Source: Flavobacteriales bacterium (GTDB taxonomy: Bacteria; Bacteroidota; Bacteroidia; Flavobacteriales_F; PHOS-HE28). From it: a DNA stretch of 64,000 bases. A program made the translations under genes and the position numbers. Below, piece by piece: positions 46,532 through 57,386 of the stretch (position 1 is its first letter; every line of letters starts with the position of its first letter). The DNA is taken from positions 3,765,284 through 3,829,283 of the forward strand of contig CP065018.1 in NCBI GenBank assembly GCA_016700415.1. Reading direction: 5' to 3'. The notes below the pieces were generated by a model. It searched no databases. It was given only the letters and a program-made list of their open reading frames with translations, and was not told the origin of the DNA.

Positions 46532-49108
46532 ATGCCGCAAGCCATACTCTTCGAAGAAGCAACCTCCATGACCACCGCCGCACGACCCAAGCCCAGTACC
46601 AGTTATTCAAAGGAGGAGGTCCTGGCTGCCGCTCTCGAGTATTTCCACAACGATGAGCTTGCCGCCACTACTTGGATGAACAAGTATGCCCTGCGCAATA
46701 CCAAGGGTGAACTGATCGAACTCACGCCGGCCGATACGCATGCCCGGATGGCCCGCGAGTTCGCGCGCATCGAGCGTTCCTATAAACCACTGCCGGCCGA
46801 GAAGCAGGCCCTGCTTTCCACCTATGGCCAAAAGCGCAAGCCCTTGGATGAGAAGCGCATCTTCGATCTCTTCGACGGCTTCCGGGACATCGTTCCGCAG
46901 GGCAGCGTGATGGCCTCCCTCGGCGACAGTACGCGCCTGGCCTCGCTTTCCAACTGCGTGGTGATCCCCGCGCCCGTGGACAGCTACGGGGGCATCTTCC
47001 GTAACGACCAACAACTGGCACAGCTCTTCAAGCGCCGCTGCGGGGTGGGCTTCGACCTCAGCACGCTCCGCCCCGAGGGCGCGGAAGTGAGCAATGCCGC
47101 ACGCACCAGCACCGGCGCGGTATCGTTCATGGAACGCTTCAGCAACACCACGCGTGAGGTAGCGCAGAAGGGCAGGAGGGGAGCGTTGATGCTCACCATG
47201 GACATCGCGCATCCCGACGTGGAGCAGTTCATCACGATCAAGCAGGACCTGATGAAAGTGACCGGCGCGAACATCAGCGTCCGTGTGAGCGATGAGTTCC
47301 TGCAAGCCGTGGAGGATGATGCCGAATACACGCACCGCTGGCCCATCGACAGCAAGACGCCGACAGTTACGAAGAAGGTACAGGCCCGCGAACTGTGGGA
47401 CACGTTGATCACCTGTGCGCACAAGAGCGCCGAGCCCGGCATCATCTTCTGGGACCGCCAGCACAAGTACTCCACTTCATCCGTCTATCCCGGCTTCAAG
47501 AATGAAAGCACCAATCCCTGCGGCGAGATCGCAATGCAGGGCGGGGACAGCTGCCGCTTGATCGCGATCAACCTCTATTCCTTCGTCACCGATGCCTTCA
47601 CACCGAAGGCGCGCTTCGACCACAAACGCTTGGCGAAAGTGACCTACGAGGCACAGCGCCTGATGGACGATCTCGTGGACCTCGAATTGGAGGCCGTTGA
47701 ACGCATCCTGGTGAAGATCGACAAGGACCCCGAGCCGGACGCCGTGAAGCGCGTGGAGCGCGAGACCTGGCAGTTGCTGGGTGAGACCGGTCGCAAGGGC
47801 CGTCGCACCGGACTTGGCTTCACCGGCATGGGCGATGCGCTTGCCGCATTGAACTTGGCCTACGACAGCGAGGCCGCCGTGGAGGCCGCCGAGCATATGC
47901 TGCGTACCAAGTGCGAGGCCGAGTTCAACAGCAGCATAGACATGTCCATCGAGCGCGGCAGTTTTGTCGGCTTCGACCCCGCCGTGGAACGCACGTCCGA
48001 ATTCACCGATATGCTCGCCAAGGAACTGCCCGAGTTGCACGCCCGCATGATGAAGAACGGCCGTCGCAACATCAGCATCAGCACGGTGGCTCCCACGGGC
48101 ACACTGAGCCTGCTCACCCGCACCAGCAGTGGCATCGAGCCGGTCTACATGCTCGGCTACACGCGCCGCCGCAAGCTTGGTCCGAACGCGCCGAAGGAGA
48201 GTGTGGCCTTCACCGATGACATGGGCGACCAGTGGGAGGAATTCACCGTGCACCACCCGCGACTGGTGGATTGGATGAAGGCCACCGGCAAGACCGATGT
48301 GAAGGAAAGTCCCTACGCCAACAGCACCGCGAACGACATCAACTGGCACCATCGCGTGCGCTTGCAGGCCGCCGTGCAGAAATACACCACGCACAGCATC
48401 AGCAGCACGATCAACCTGCCTGCGGACGTTTCCGCGGAACTGGTGGGCAACATCTACCGCGAAGCCTGGCACATGGGCCTGAAGGGCGTCACCGTGTACC
48501 GCGACGGATCGCGCAGCGGCGTGCTGGTCTCCAACGAGAAGAAGGACGCCGCCGCAGTGGCGCACACGAAGCGTCCGGACGTTCTGGAAGCCGATGTGAT
48601 CCGATTCAACAACGAACTGGAGCAATGGATCGCCGTGGTCGGCCTGCTTGACGGCAAGCCCTACGAGATCTTCACCGGCAAGGCCACGGGCGTGTTCCAA
48701 TTGCCGAAGTGGGTGGAGAAAGGCTGGGTGATCAAGCGCAAGGACACCAAAGCGAAGAAGAATATTTACGACCTGCAGTACGCCGACAGCGACGACTACC
48801 GCGTGACCATCCAGGGCCTCAGCCGCAGTTTCGACAAGGAATACTGGAACTACGCCATCCTCATCAGCGGCATGCTGCGCCAAGGCGTCTCCGTGCCGCA
48901 CGTGGTGGACACCGTGGTGAACCTGAACCTCTACGACGCCACGCTGAACACCTGGAAGAACGGCATAGCCCGTGCGCTGTCCCGCTACATCGCCGACGGC
49001 ACCAGCGCCAGCGGCCGTAAGTGCAACGACTGCGGCGACAGCGAAGGCGTGTACTACGAGGAAGGCTGCCTGAAGTGCCGGAGCTGCGGAAGCTCCAAGT
49101 GCGGGTAG
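46532..49108 (+). CDS. nrdJ: adenosylcobalamin-dependent (class II) ribonucleotide reductase
   Basis: 858 aa; ...TSTGAVSFMERFSNTTREVAQKGRRGALMLTMDIAHPDVEQFI..., NPCGEIAMQGGDSCRLIAINL (radical Cys loop), C-terminal Cys-rich tail CLKCRSCGSSKCG. Confidence 0.8.
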   Translation: MPQAILFEEATSMTTAARPKPSTSYSKEEVLAAALEYFHNDELAATTWMNKYALRNTKGELIELTPADTHARMAREFARIERSYKPLPAEKQALLSTYGQKRKPLDEKRIFDLFDGFRDIVPQGSVMASLGDSTRLASLSNCVVIPAPVDSYGGIFRNDQQLAQLFKRRCGVGFDLSTLRPEGAEVSNAARTSTGAVSFMERFSNTTREVAQKGRRGALMLTMDIAHPDVEQFITIKQDLMKVTGANISVRVSDEFLQAVEDDAEYTHRWPIDSKTPTVTKKVQARELWDTLITCAHKSAEPGIIFWDRQHKYSTSSVYPGFKNESTNPCGEIAMQGGDSCRLIAINLYSFVTDAFTPKARFDHKRLAKVTYEAQRLMDDLVDLELEAVERILVKIDKDPEPDAVKRVERETWQLLGETGRKGRRTGLGFTGMGDALAALNLAYDSEAAVEAAEHMLRTKCEAEFNSSIDMSIERGSFVGFDPAVERTSEFTDMLAKELPELHARMMKNGRRNISISTVAPTGTLSLLTRTSSGIEPVYMLGYTRRRKLGPNAPKESVAFTDDMGDQWEEFTVHHPRLVDWMKATGKTDVKESPYANSTANDINWHHRVRLQAAVQKYTTHSISSTINLPADVSAELVGNIYREAWHMGLKGVTVYRDGSRSGVLVSNEKKDAAAVAHTKRPDVLEADVIRFNNELEQWIAVVGLLDGKPYEIFTGKATGVFQLPKWVEKGWVIKRKDTKAKKNIYDLQYADSDDYRVTIQGLSRSFDKEYWNYAILISGMLRQGVSVPHVVDTVVNLNLYDATLNTWKNGIARALSRYIADGTSASGRKCNDCGDSEGVYYEEGCLKCRSCGSSKCG

Positions 49109-49154
49109 ACGAGGTTCGGAGATCTGATTTCTGATACAGGGTATTGGGTACTTA

Positions 49155-49190
49155 GTACAGGGTACTGTACGTCGGCAGTACCCTGTACTC
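49155..49190 (+). terminator. terminator hairpin after nrdJ (14-bp stem AGTACAGGGTACTG / CAGTACCCTGTACT, 8-nt loop)
   Basis: Perfect inverted repeat 47 bp after nrdJ stop; no strong U-tract. Confidence 0.55.
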
Positions 49191-49271
49191 GGTACCGTTC
49201 CGAACATATCGGTCCTTTAATAGTTAGGAAACCTTACTATATTTGTCCCCGAACTTCAAAACCCCAACACA

Positions 49272-49508
49272 ATGACCAAAGCAATTTTCTACCATGCAGG
49301 ATGCCCCGTTTGCGTGAATGCCGAAGAGCGCATCACCGAGATCGTGGACCGCAACAAGTACGACGTGGAGATCGTCCACCTCGGTGAGCACAAAGGCCGC
49401 ATCGCGGAGGCGGAAGCCGCAGGCGTGAAGAGCGTGCCCGCACTGGTGCTGGGGCATGATGTGCTCCACATTAATCACGGCGCCAGCATGGCCGAGGTGA
49501 AGGGCTGA
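49272..49508 (+). CDS. small thioredoxin-fold redoxin (CPVC motif), NrdH/glutaredoxin-like
   Basis: MTKAIFYHAGCPVCVNAEERITEIV... 78 aa, CxxC near N-terminus; immediately downstream of class II RNR. Confidence 0.55.
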   Translation: MTKAIFYHAGCPVCVNAEERITEIVDRNKYDVEIVHLGEHKGRIAEAEAAGVKSVPALVLGHDVLHINHGASMAEVKG

Positions 49509-49617
49509 AGAGCCTAAGCGATACAGGACGAGAGGGTGTCAGGGTGCGGGAGCGCATTCTTTCACCCTCTCGCAATTTCCGTAGGGAACATTTTTCGCCC
49601 ACACCTAATTTCGCCCC

Positions 49618-50190
49618 ATGTCCTCCACCCCTGAACTCGACGCGCACTTGGCGCAGGTGCTGGAACGGATCGGTGAAGTGGCGCGTGCCCTTCGTTGGAA
49701 GCAGGCGGTGGAAGAAGGGCTGAGCCCCTTGCAGATCCGGATCATGGGTTTTCTGGCCGACCATGCGGACGAAAGCATTGGCGTGGCCCGTCTGGCGGAG
49801 GAGCTGCTGGTGAGCAAGCCCACCATCAGCGACAGCGTGAAGCTGCTGGCCGACCGGAAATTCCTGATCCGGAAACCGGACAAGAGCGATGCGCGCAGCC
49901 ACGCCCTGCAACTCACCGCTGCCGGCAGAAGGCATGTCTCCGCTGGAACTCCGATGGACACAGCCGTTGCGGAGTTGTCACTGGAGCACAAGGAAGCCCT
50001 TCTGACGGGGCTGATGGGCGTGCTGGAATCCTTGTTCCGCAAGGAGGCCGTGCATGTGCAACGCATGTGCTTCACCTGCAAATACTACCGAGGTGATCGG
50101 AGCGTCGAGCATCGGTGCCTGCTGCTGGAGAAGTCATTACCGGTAGCGGAACTGCGGACCGATTGCGCGGAGCACGAGGTGGTGGAGTAG
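49618..50190 (+). CDS. MarR-family transcriptional regulator with Cys-rich C-terminal extension
   Basis: LSPLQIRIMGFLADHADESIGVARLAEELLVSKPTISDSVKLLADRKFLIRKPDKSDARSHALQLTAAG winged HTH; extra C-terminus with CFTCKYYRGDRSVEHRC. Confidence 0.75.
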   Translation: MSSTPELDAHLAQVLERIGEVARALRWKQAVEEGLSPLQIRIMGFLADHADESIGVARLAEELLVSKPTISDSVKLLADRKFLIRKPDKSDARSHALQLTAAGRRHVSAGTPMDTAVAELSLEHKEALLTGLMGVLESLFRKEAVHVQRMCFTCKYYRGDRSVEHRCLLLEKSLPVAELRTDCAEHEVVE

Positions 50191-50195
50191 GGTGG

Positions 50196-50945
50196 CTATC
50201 GCTTTGCGACCTGTGTTTTCACCGAGAACAGTTCCTCTACAAGTCCTTCTCCGGGAAAGCTGAGCTCCTGAAAGATCACCTGCCCCTCGGCATCCACCAG
50301 CAACACCGTGCTGCACCGCGTGCCGTAGCCGGGTGTGCGGATGAAGATCGACGAGGCCGCACGCTCCATTTCCAGTGGAAGACCCGTGTCGGGGAGCTTT
50401 TCGTCCGGCGCGATGGCATCATCGGTGAGCAAGGTGAAGAGCGCTTCAGGAAGGTCCGCGTCCGGAAGCTCCAGCAACTCCTTCATCCCGTGTTCCGCCT
50501 TCACCACCTTGGGCCAGGGCGTGTTGAGGAAATGGTTGCTCAGCCCATGGATGCCGGGTGTCAGTGCTTCATCGGCGCCTTTGATGTTGTTGTGGTACCG
50601 CAGGCTGTTCACGCTTCCGTAGATCAGGTTGAAGCCGGCGTAAGCTTTCGTGCTTTTCGGATCGATGCCGTGCTCCAAGGCTTCGCGAACCAGTACGCCG
50701 CGTGATGGCCCGGCGGGAAAGTTCATCCGCATCTCCCGGTAATTGGTGATCGCGGCGAACCTGCCGTTGCGCGTGAAGCCCAGCCAAGTGCCGCCTGCGC
50801 GTTGGTCGCGTCCAGCGAGGATGTCCGGGGCGTCTTTCCACCAGTGTGCGGGCTCCGTGGGACGGTCCAGGAACTCATCGCGGTTGGCGGCCAGGATAAG
50901 CGGAAAGCGCGGGTGGACCTTGTAGGCCAAGGCGATCAGGCACAT
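50196..50945 (-). CDS. NRDE-family protein (DUF833, TANGO2-like)
   Basis: MCLIALAYKVHPRFPLILAANRDEFLDRPT... N-terminal Cys nucleophile pattern typical of NRDE family. Confidence 0.65.
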   Translation of the reverse strand: MCLIALAYKVHPRFPLILAANRDEFLDRPTEPAHWWKDAPDILAGRDQRAGGTWLGFTRNGRFAAITNYREMRMNFPAGPSRGVLVREALEHGIDPKSTKAYAGFNLIYGSVNSLRYHNNIKGADEALTPGIHGLSNHFLNTPWPKVVKAEHGMKELLELPDADLPEALFTLLTDDAIAPDEKLPDTGLPLEMERAASSIFIRTPGYGTRCSTVLLVDAEGQVIFQELSFPGEGLVEELFSVKTQVAKR

Positions 50946-51092
50946 GCCACAAAGTTACCGTTGGCCGTGCCGGAAGGTGAGTTTCGTCAGGTTGTGGCAC
51001 GGGAGGACCATGGAACTTTGACCTTTATGATCCCCGGAGCCTTTTCGTCGCAGTCGGCCACCAATGCCAGCGGCCAAGCAGCGGCACGCTCA

Positions 51093-52025
51093 ATGTCCGA
51101 CCATGAGATTGTGGAGGACATCCATCGCCTGAAGCGTGAGAAGAACGCCATCATCCTTGCGCACTACTACCAGCAGCCCGAGATACAGGAGTTGGCCGAT
51201 TTTGTCGGTGACAGCCTAGGCTTGGCGCAGGCGGCGGACAAGACCGGTGCGGAGGTGATCCTCTTCGCGGGGGTACATTTCATGGCGGAAACGGCGAAGA
51301 TCCTCAACCCCGGGCGTACCGTGCTTTTGCCGGACCTCAATGCGGGCTGCTCGCTCGCCGATAGTGCTCCGCCCGAGAAGTTCAGGGCTTTTCTCGATCA
51401 GCATCCAGACCATGTGGTGGTGAGCTACATCAATTGCAGCGCCGAGGTGAAAGCGATGAGCGACATCATCTGCACCAGCAGCAACGCAGTGCGCGTGGTG
51501 CAGAGCATCCCGGCGGACCGGAAGGTGATCTTCGCTCCGGACAAGCATTTGGGGGCTTATGTGCAACGCATCACCGGACGGGAACTCGTGCTCTGGGACG
51601 GCGTGTGCGAGGTACATGTGGACATCAGCTTGGACAAGATGAAATTCCTGTTGGGCAAACACCCCGATGCCAAGTTGGTGGCGCACCCGGAATGCCCGCC
51701 GCACATCCTCGCGGAGGCCGATCACATAGGCAGCACCACCTCGCTTCTGGACTTCGTGCAACGCGACCCCGGCAACACCTTCATCGTCGCCACGGAAGGC
51801 GGCATCCTGCACAAGATGCGCCAGGCGGTACCGGGCAAAACCTTGATCGCGGCCCCGGCGAACGTGGAGAATTCCTGTGCCTGCAGCGAATGCCCGTACA
51901 TGAAGATGAACACCTTGGCGAAGGTCCATTCCGCCTTGCTCACCGGTTCGCCGGAGATCATCCTGGAGGAGCGCATACGTGCCGGGGCGGAGGTCGCACT
52001 GCGGCGCATGATGGACTTGGGATGA
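51093..52025 (+). CDS. nadA: quinolinate synthase
   Basis: MSDHEIVEDIHRLKREKNAIILAHYYQQPEIQELADFVGDSLGLAQ..., ...VSYINCSAEVKA..., CSCSECPYMKM; start 51093 inside track ORF 50802. Confidence 0.85.
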   Translation: MSDHEIVEDIHRLKREKNAIILAHYYQQPEIQELADFVGDSLGLAQAADKTGAEVILFAGVHFMAETAKILNPGRTVLLPDLNAGCSLADSAPPEKFRAFLDQHPDHVVVSYINCSAEVKAMSDIICTSSNAVRVVQSIPADRKVIFAPDKHLGAYVQRITGRELVLWDGVCEVHVDISLDKMKFLLGKHPDAKLVAHPECPPHILAEADHIGSTTSLLDFVQRDPGNTFIVATEGGILHKMRQAVPGKTLIAAPANVENSCACSECPYMKMNTLAKVHSALLTGSPEIILEERIRAGAEVALRRMMDLG

Positions 52026-53629
52026 GCAGGCCGCTGAAGGTGATCGTGATCGGGAGCGGCGTCGCGGGGATGGCCTTCGCACATCGCTTGTCGGCCCTGA
52101 TGGTGATCGATGAGGTGGACATCCGCATGCTCTCCAAGGCGGCGCCTGAAACAAGCAATTCGCATGCGGCACAAGGCGGTGTAGCAGCGGTGACCGACCC
52201 CTCGGATTCCTGGGAGCGGCACCGCGACGACACCTTGGAGGTGGGTGCGGGCCGCTGCGATCCGGAAGTGGTGGAACGCGTGGTGAAGGAAGGGGCCGCC
52301 TGTATCCAAGAACTACTGGAAGGCGGGGCCCGGTTCGATACCGATGCGGATGGCCGGTTGGATGCGGCTCGTGAAGGTGGTCACAGCGCCGCACGGGTGG
52401 TACACCGCGGCGATCGCACCGGTGCTGAACTGGTCCGTGTGTTGCGCGCACAAGTGAAGGGTGACCCGAAGATCACCGTGACGGAGACCTTGATGGCCTT
52501 GGACCTGTTGGTGACCGGAGGTTCTGGTGGCCGGCGGTGCCACGGGGTACGCACGATCGATATCCACACCGGTGAGGTCCGTGAACAGTTCGCCGATGTG
52601 GTGGTGCTGGCCACGGGCGGTGCCGGCCAAGTGTACCGCCATACCACCAATCCTGCGGGCGCCATCGGCAGCGGCGTGGCCATGGCGGTCCGGGCCGAAG
52701 TCCCGCTGCGCGACATGGCCTTTGTGCAGTTCCACCCTACGGCGCTGTATGCGCCTGAGCAGAAAGGGACGTTCCTGATCAGCGAAGCGGTGCGCGGTGC
52801 GGGCGCCGTCCTGCTGAAGCCGGACGGGGCGCGATTGATGGAAGGGCTGCACCCGATGGCCGACCTGGCACCGCGCAACGTGGTGGCCCGGGCGATCCAT
52901 GCCGTGATGCGCGATCAGGGCGCGACCCATGTCCGGTTGGATGCCACACGGATCGGGGAGGCACGGTTCGCCAAGGAGTTCCCCATGATCCTGGACCATT
53001 GCCGTTCGATCGGACTGGACCCGTGCAAAGAGCCGATCCCCGTGTTGCCGGCCGCGCACTACCTCTGCGGTGGTATTCGCACCGATGGCCAAGGGCGTAC
53101 GGAACTTGAAGGTCTCTATGCCCTTGGTGAATGCGCCGGCAGTGGCTTGCATGGCGCCGACCGGCTTGCCAGCAACTCGCTCTTGGAAGCCTTGGTGATC
53201 CCTCGGCATGCCGCGGCTTCGATCATGATCTCCGAATGGCAGGCACCCCTTCCGGAGGATAAAGGGACCGGCCGGTATGTTTTCACCGCGCCAACCCCGT
53301 TGACGCTTGCCACGCTCGATGAATTACGCGACCGCATGACGGACAGTGTCGGTATTGTCCGCGATGATGCCGGGCTCCGGGCTGCTTTGGATATCTTGGC
53401 GGGGTTGAGGTCGCATGCTGATGTCGCATGGTCGCAGGGCGAACGGTCCATGGAACTGTTCGAGCTGCGCGACCTGGTACTGGTGGGCATCGCCATCTGT
53501 GAGCAGGCCATGGCGGAGCCGTTCAACGCCGGTACGCATTGGAACCGGGATCGGCAGGGCCGGGCTAACACGGAAAGCGCGGTAGCGGACAAAACCGGTC
53601 CGACCGGACACCCCCAAACGTTGAAATAA
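52022..53629 (+). CDS. nadB: L-aspartate oxidase
   Basis: VIVIGSGVAGMAFA FAD motif, ...AAQGGVAAV..., HYLCGGIRTDGQGRTELEGLYALGECAGSGLHGADRLASNSLLEALV; ATGA overlap with nadA; track ORF 51434 start is inside nadA. Confidence 0.85.
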   Translation: MSRPLKVIVIGSGVAGMAFAHRLSALMVIDEVDIRMLSKAAPETSNSHAAQGGVAAVTDPSDSWERHRDDTLEVGAGRCDPEVVERVVKEGAACIQELLEGGARFDTDADGRLDAAREGGHSAARVVHRGDRTGAELVRVLRAQVKGDPKITVTETLMALDLLVTGGSGGRRCHGVRTIDIHTGEVREQFADVVVLATGGAGQVYRHTTNPAGAIGSGVAMAVRAEVPLRDMAFVQFHPTALYAPEQKGTFLISEAVRGAGAVLLKPDGARLMEGLHPMADLAPRNVVARAIHAVMRDQGATHVRLDATRIGEARFAKEFPMILDHCRSIGLDPCKEPIPVLPAAHYLCGGIRTDGQGRTELEGLYALGECAGSGLHGADRLASNSLLEALVIPRHAAASIMISEWQAPLPEDKGTGRYVFTAPTPLTLATLDELRDRMTDSVGIVRDDAGLRAALDILAGLRSHADVAWSQGERSMELFELRDLVLVGIAICEQAMAEPFNAGTHWNRDRQGRANTESAVADKTGPTGHPQTLK

Positions 53630-53973
53630 CGGTCGCGACCACTACGAACTAGGGTACGCATTTGGGCAAAGGCCCGAGGAAGCCCTGTTTTCCATCCGGA
53701 CGCCGGGCATGGTCAGACCTGTCCCCGGCCTATTTTCGCCATGGTGATGGCGACCAGCATCGTCCCTCTCGCCCAAGAGATCCTGAACAGGCTCTAAGGG
53801 AATGCGTGACGCATGGTGCACACATCACGGACCACACACCCGGCACTGGCTGAAAGGGCCGTATGGTGTAAGAGCACCAACGGTTGGCCCTCCAAGGTTC
53901 TCTGATGAAGGTCAGCGGCGTATTCGCCGTAAATCACGACCTTTGATAGCTTGAAGCATCAAGGCCGGAGCCC

Positions 53974-55827
53974 TTGGTGCTGTGCTGGCAACCCAACAAG
54001 ACCTCTTCCTGTATGCCCCATACCTCCCCCCACACCTTCCACATCCCAGTGATGGGCCTTGGCTACACCATCGATACCCCGGTGAAGGTGGCCCACTTCG
54101 GCATCTCATCGGTGATCTCCATCATCGAGGATGAATTAGTGGAACGCATGCGTGAATTCCACTGCAAACAGGCCGGGGAAACCTACACCGAGATCCCGTT
54201 GAAGGAGATCGACCACCGTGCACAGCGTATCACCGCCTACTTGGACCTGGTGCAGCGGATCGTGAAGCGGAACACGGAAACCTTGCGTGCGGAGGCCTTC
54301 ACCGAAGGCTCGGACATTGAGAAGTACTTCCTGCTGCTGCCGGACGAGCACCCCCTGCGCATGAAGTTCGAAGTGATGAGGGTCTGGCCGGAAGGCGAAA
54401 CACGCCTGCTGATGCAGGAGGAGTTGCGCGCCGCGATCGTTCCGGGCGCCATCGATGTGAACATCATGGCCAAGATCGACCGCGAGGTGCAGGCCAAGGA
54501 CGGCACCAAGCTGCCGGTGGAATATGCCGAGGGCATGGCCGCCTTCCGCGGATTCGCATTGAGCGCGCTGGATTCCTCCATCGTGATCAGCGCAGGCTAC
54601 AACCCCAGGATCTACAGCTATATCGCCACTTTCCCGGATTTCTTCCCCGATGCCGAAGGTGTGATCCGCAAGAAGGTCATCCTGAAAGTGAGCGATCTGC
54701 GTTCCGCCTTGATCCAAGGGAAGATCCTCGCCAAGAAGGGGGTCTGGGTCTCCGAATTCCGCATCGAGTCCGGTTTGAATTGCGGCGGCCATGCCTTCGC
54801 CACGGACGGTATGTTGATGGGTCCGATCTTACGGGATTTCAAAGAGCGGCGTGAGGCGTTGACGACGGAACTGTACGAGCTGTGCAGCGCTGCACTTGCG
54901 GAAGGCGGCCACCATCCGCTGCCTGCCTCACCGGAAATACGCGTCACGGTGCAAGGCGGCATCGGCACCGTGAAGGAGGACGAGTTCCTGCGCAGCCACT
55001 ACGGTGTCGACGGCACCGGTTGGGGAAGCCCCTTCCTGCTTGTCCCCGAGGCCACCAACGTGGATGACAAGACGCTGCAGCAGATCACCGTGGCGAAGAA
55101 GGAGGACTACTACATGAGCTGGGCCTCGCCGTTGGGGATCCCTTTCAACAACTTCCGGCCCAGCACCTCCGAGGCACAGCGCAAGGCGCGTATCGTCAAG
55201 GAGCGGCCCGGCAGCCCGTGCTACAAGAAGTTCCTCAGCACCGACACCGAGTTCACCGAGATCCCCATCTGCACCTCCTCACGCCAGTACCAGGACCTCA
55301 AGCTGAAGCAGTTGAAGGAGCAGGGCCTCGACCCCGTGAGCTATGCGATGGCGGCGGCGCGCATCACCGAGAAGGACTGCCTGTGCGAGGGCCTCGGGGC
55401 CAGCGTCCTGCTGAAGGACAACATGACGCCCGCTCACAAGCTGGAGGCGGTGGCCATCTGCCCCGGCCCCAACCTCGCCTACTTCTCGAAGGTCGTACCG
55501 CTGCGGACCATGGTGGACCACATCTACGGACGGATCTCGCTGCTCAATGAGAACGATCGTGCCCACATGTTCATCAACGAGATGAAGCTGTACGTGGACT
55601 ATCTCAAGCGGGAATTCGAGCAAGTGAAGCACGCGGCCACGGTCAAGCAGCGCCGCTACATCGAGGCTTTCAAGGCCAACATGCTCAGCGGTATCCACTA
55701 CTACGAGGAGCTTGCTCCGGTGCTGCACCGGCAGGCATCCTCAGCCTTGCATCGCTTCCAGGACGACCTGAGGGGCCATGCCGCCGAGGTGCGCGCCATG
55801 CTCCTGCCCGCCCCGGTGCTGGCTTGA
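53974..55827 (+). CDS. conserved hypothetical protein (617 aa; possible TIM-barrel-like segment), start uncertain
   Basis: No family recognised by eye; segment VTVQGGIGTVKEDEFLRSHYGVDGTGWGSPFLL resembles phosphate-binding end of FMN/TIM-barrel oxidoreductases; likely start MPHTSPH (54013) or MGLGYTID. Confidence 0.4.
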   Translation: MVLCWQPNKTSSCMPHTSPHTFHIPVMGLGYTIDTPVKVAHFGISSVISIIEDELVERMREFHCKQAGETYTEIPLKEIDHRAQRITAYLDLVQRIVKRNTETLRAEAFTEGSDIEKYFLLLPDEHPLRMKFEVMRVWPEGETRLLMQEELRAAIVPGAIDVNIMAKIDREVQAKDGTKLPVEYAEGMAAFRGFALSALDSSIVISAGYNPRIYSYIATFPDFFPDAEGVIRKKVILKVSDLRSALIQGKILAKKGVWVSEFRIESGLNCGGHAFATDGMLMGPILRDFKERREALTTELYELCSAALAEGGHHPLPASPEIRVTVQGGIGTVKEDEFLRSHYGVDGTGWGSPFLLVPEATNVDDKTLQQITVAKKEDYYMSWASPLGIPFNNFRPSTSEAQRKARIVKERPGSPCYKKFLSTDTEFTEIPICTSSRQYQDLKLKQLKEQGLDPVSYAMAAARITEKDCLCEGLGASVLLKDNMTPAHKLEAVAICPGPNLAYFSKVVPLRTMVDHIYGRISLLNENDRAHMFINEMKLYVDYLKREFEQVKHAATVKQRRYIEAFKANMLSGIHYYEELAPVLHRQASSALHRFQDDLRGHAAEVRAMLLPAPVLA

Positions 55828-55851
55828 GCACGTGGTGATCCGTCCCATTAG

Positions 55852-57267
<1,416 letters not shown>

Positions 57268-57336
57268 AAAAGAGCGTCTCAGAGTTTTACCACAAAAGGG
57301 ACACGTTGATGTCGTAGGCCGGGCGCCTCAACGGCA

Positions 57337-57370
57337 TTATCCGCGTCCATCCGTGTCCATCCGTGGTTCG
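57337..57370. repeat. partial copy of the inner arm of the 17392..17618 MITE-like element
   Basis: ATCCGCGTCCATCCGTGTCCATCCGTGGTTCG vs 17531..17563 CATCCGTGTACATCCGTGTCCATCCGTGGTTCC; no TIRs present here. Confidence 0.6.
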
Positions 57371-57386
57371 TTCTAAAATCGACAAC

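Noticed and set aside
53630-53973. Known riboswitch (TPP, cobalamin, SAM, glycine) in the long leader of the 617-aa gene
   Set aside because: Could not match any consensus (GGCACTGG resembles but does not match the B12 box; no CTGAGA TPP core); left as unclassified structured leader
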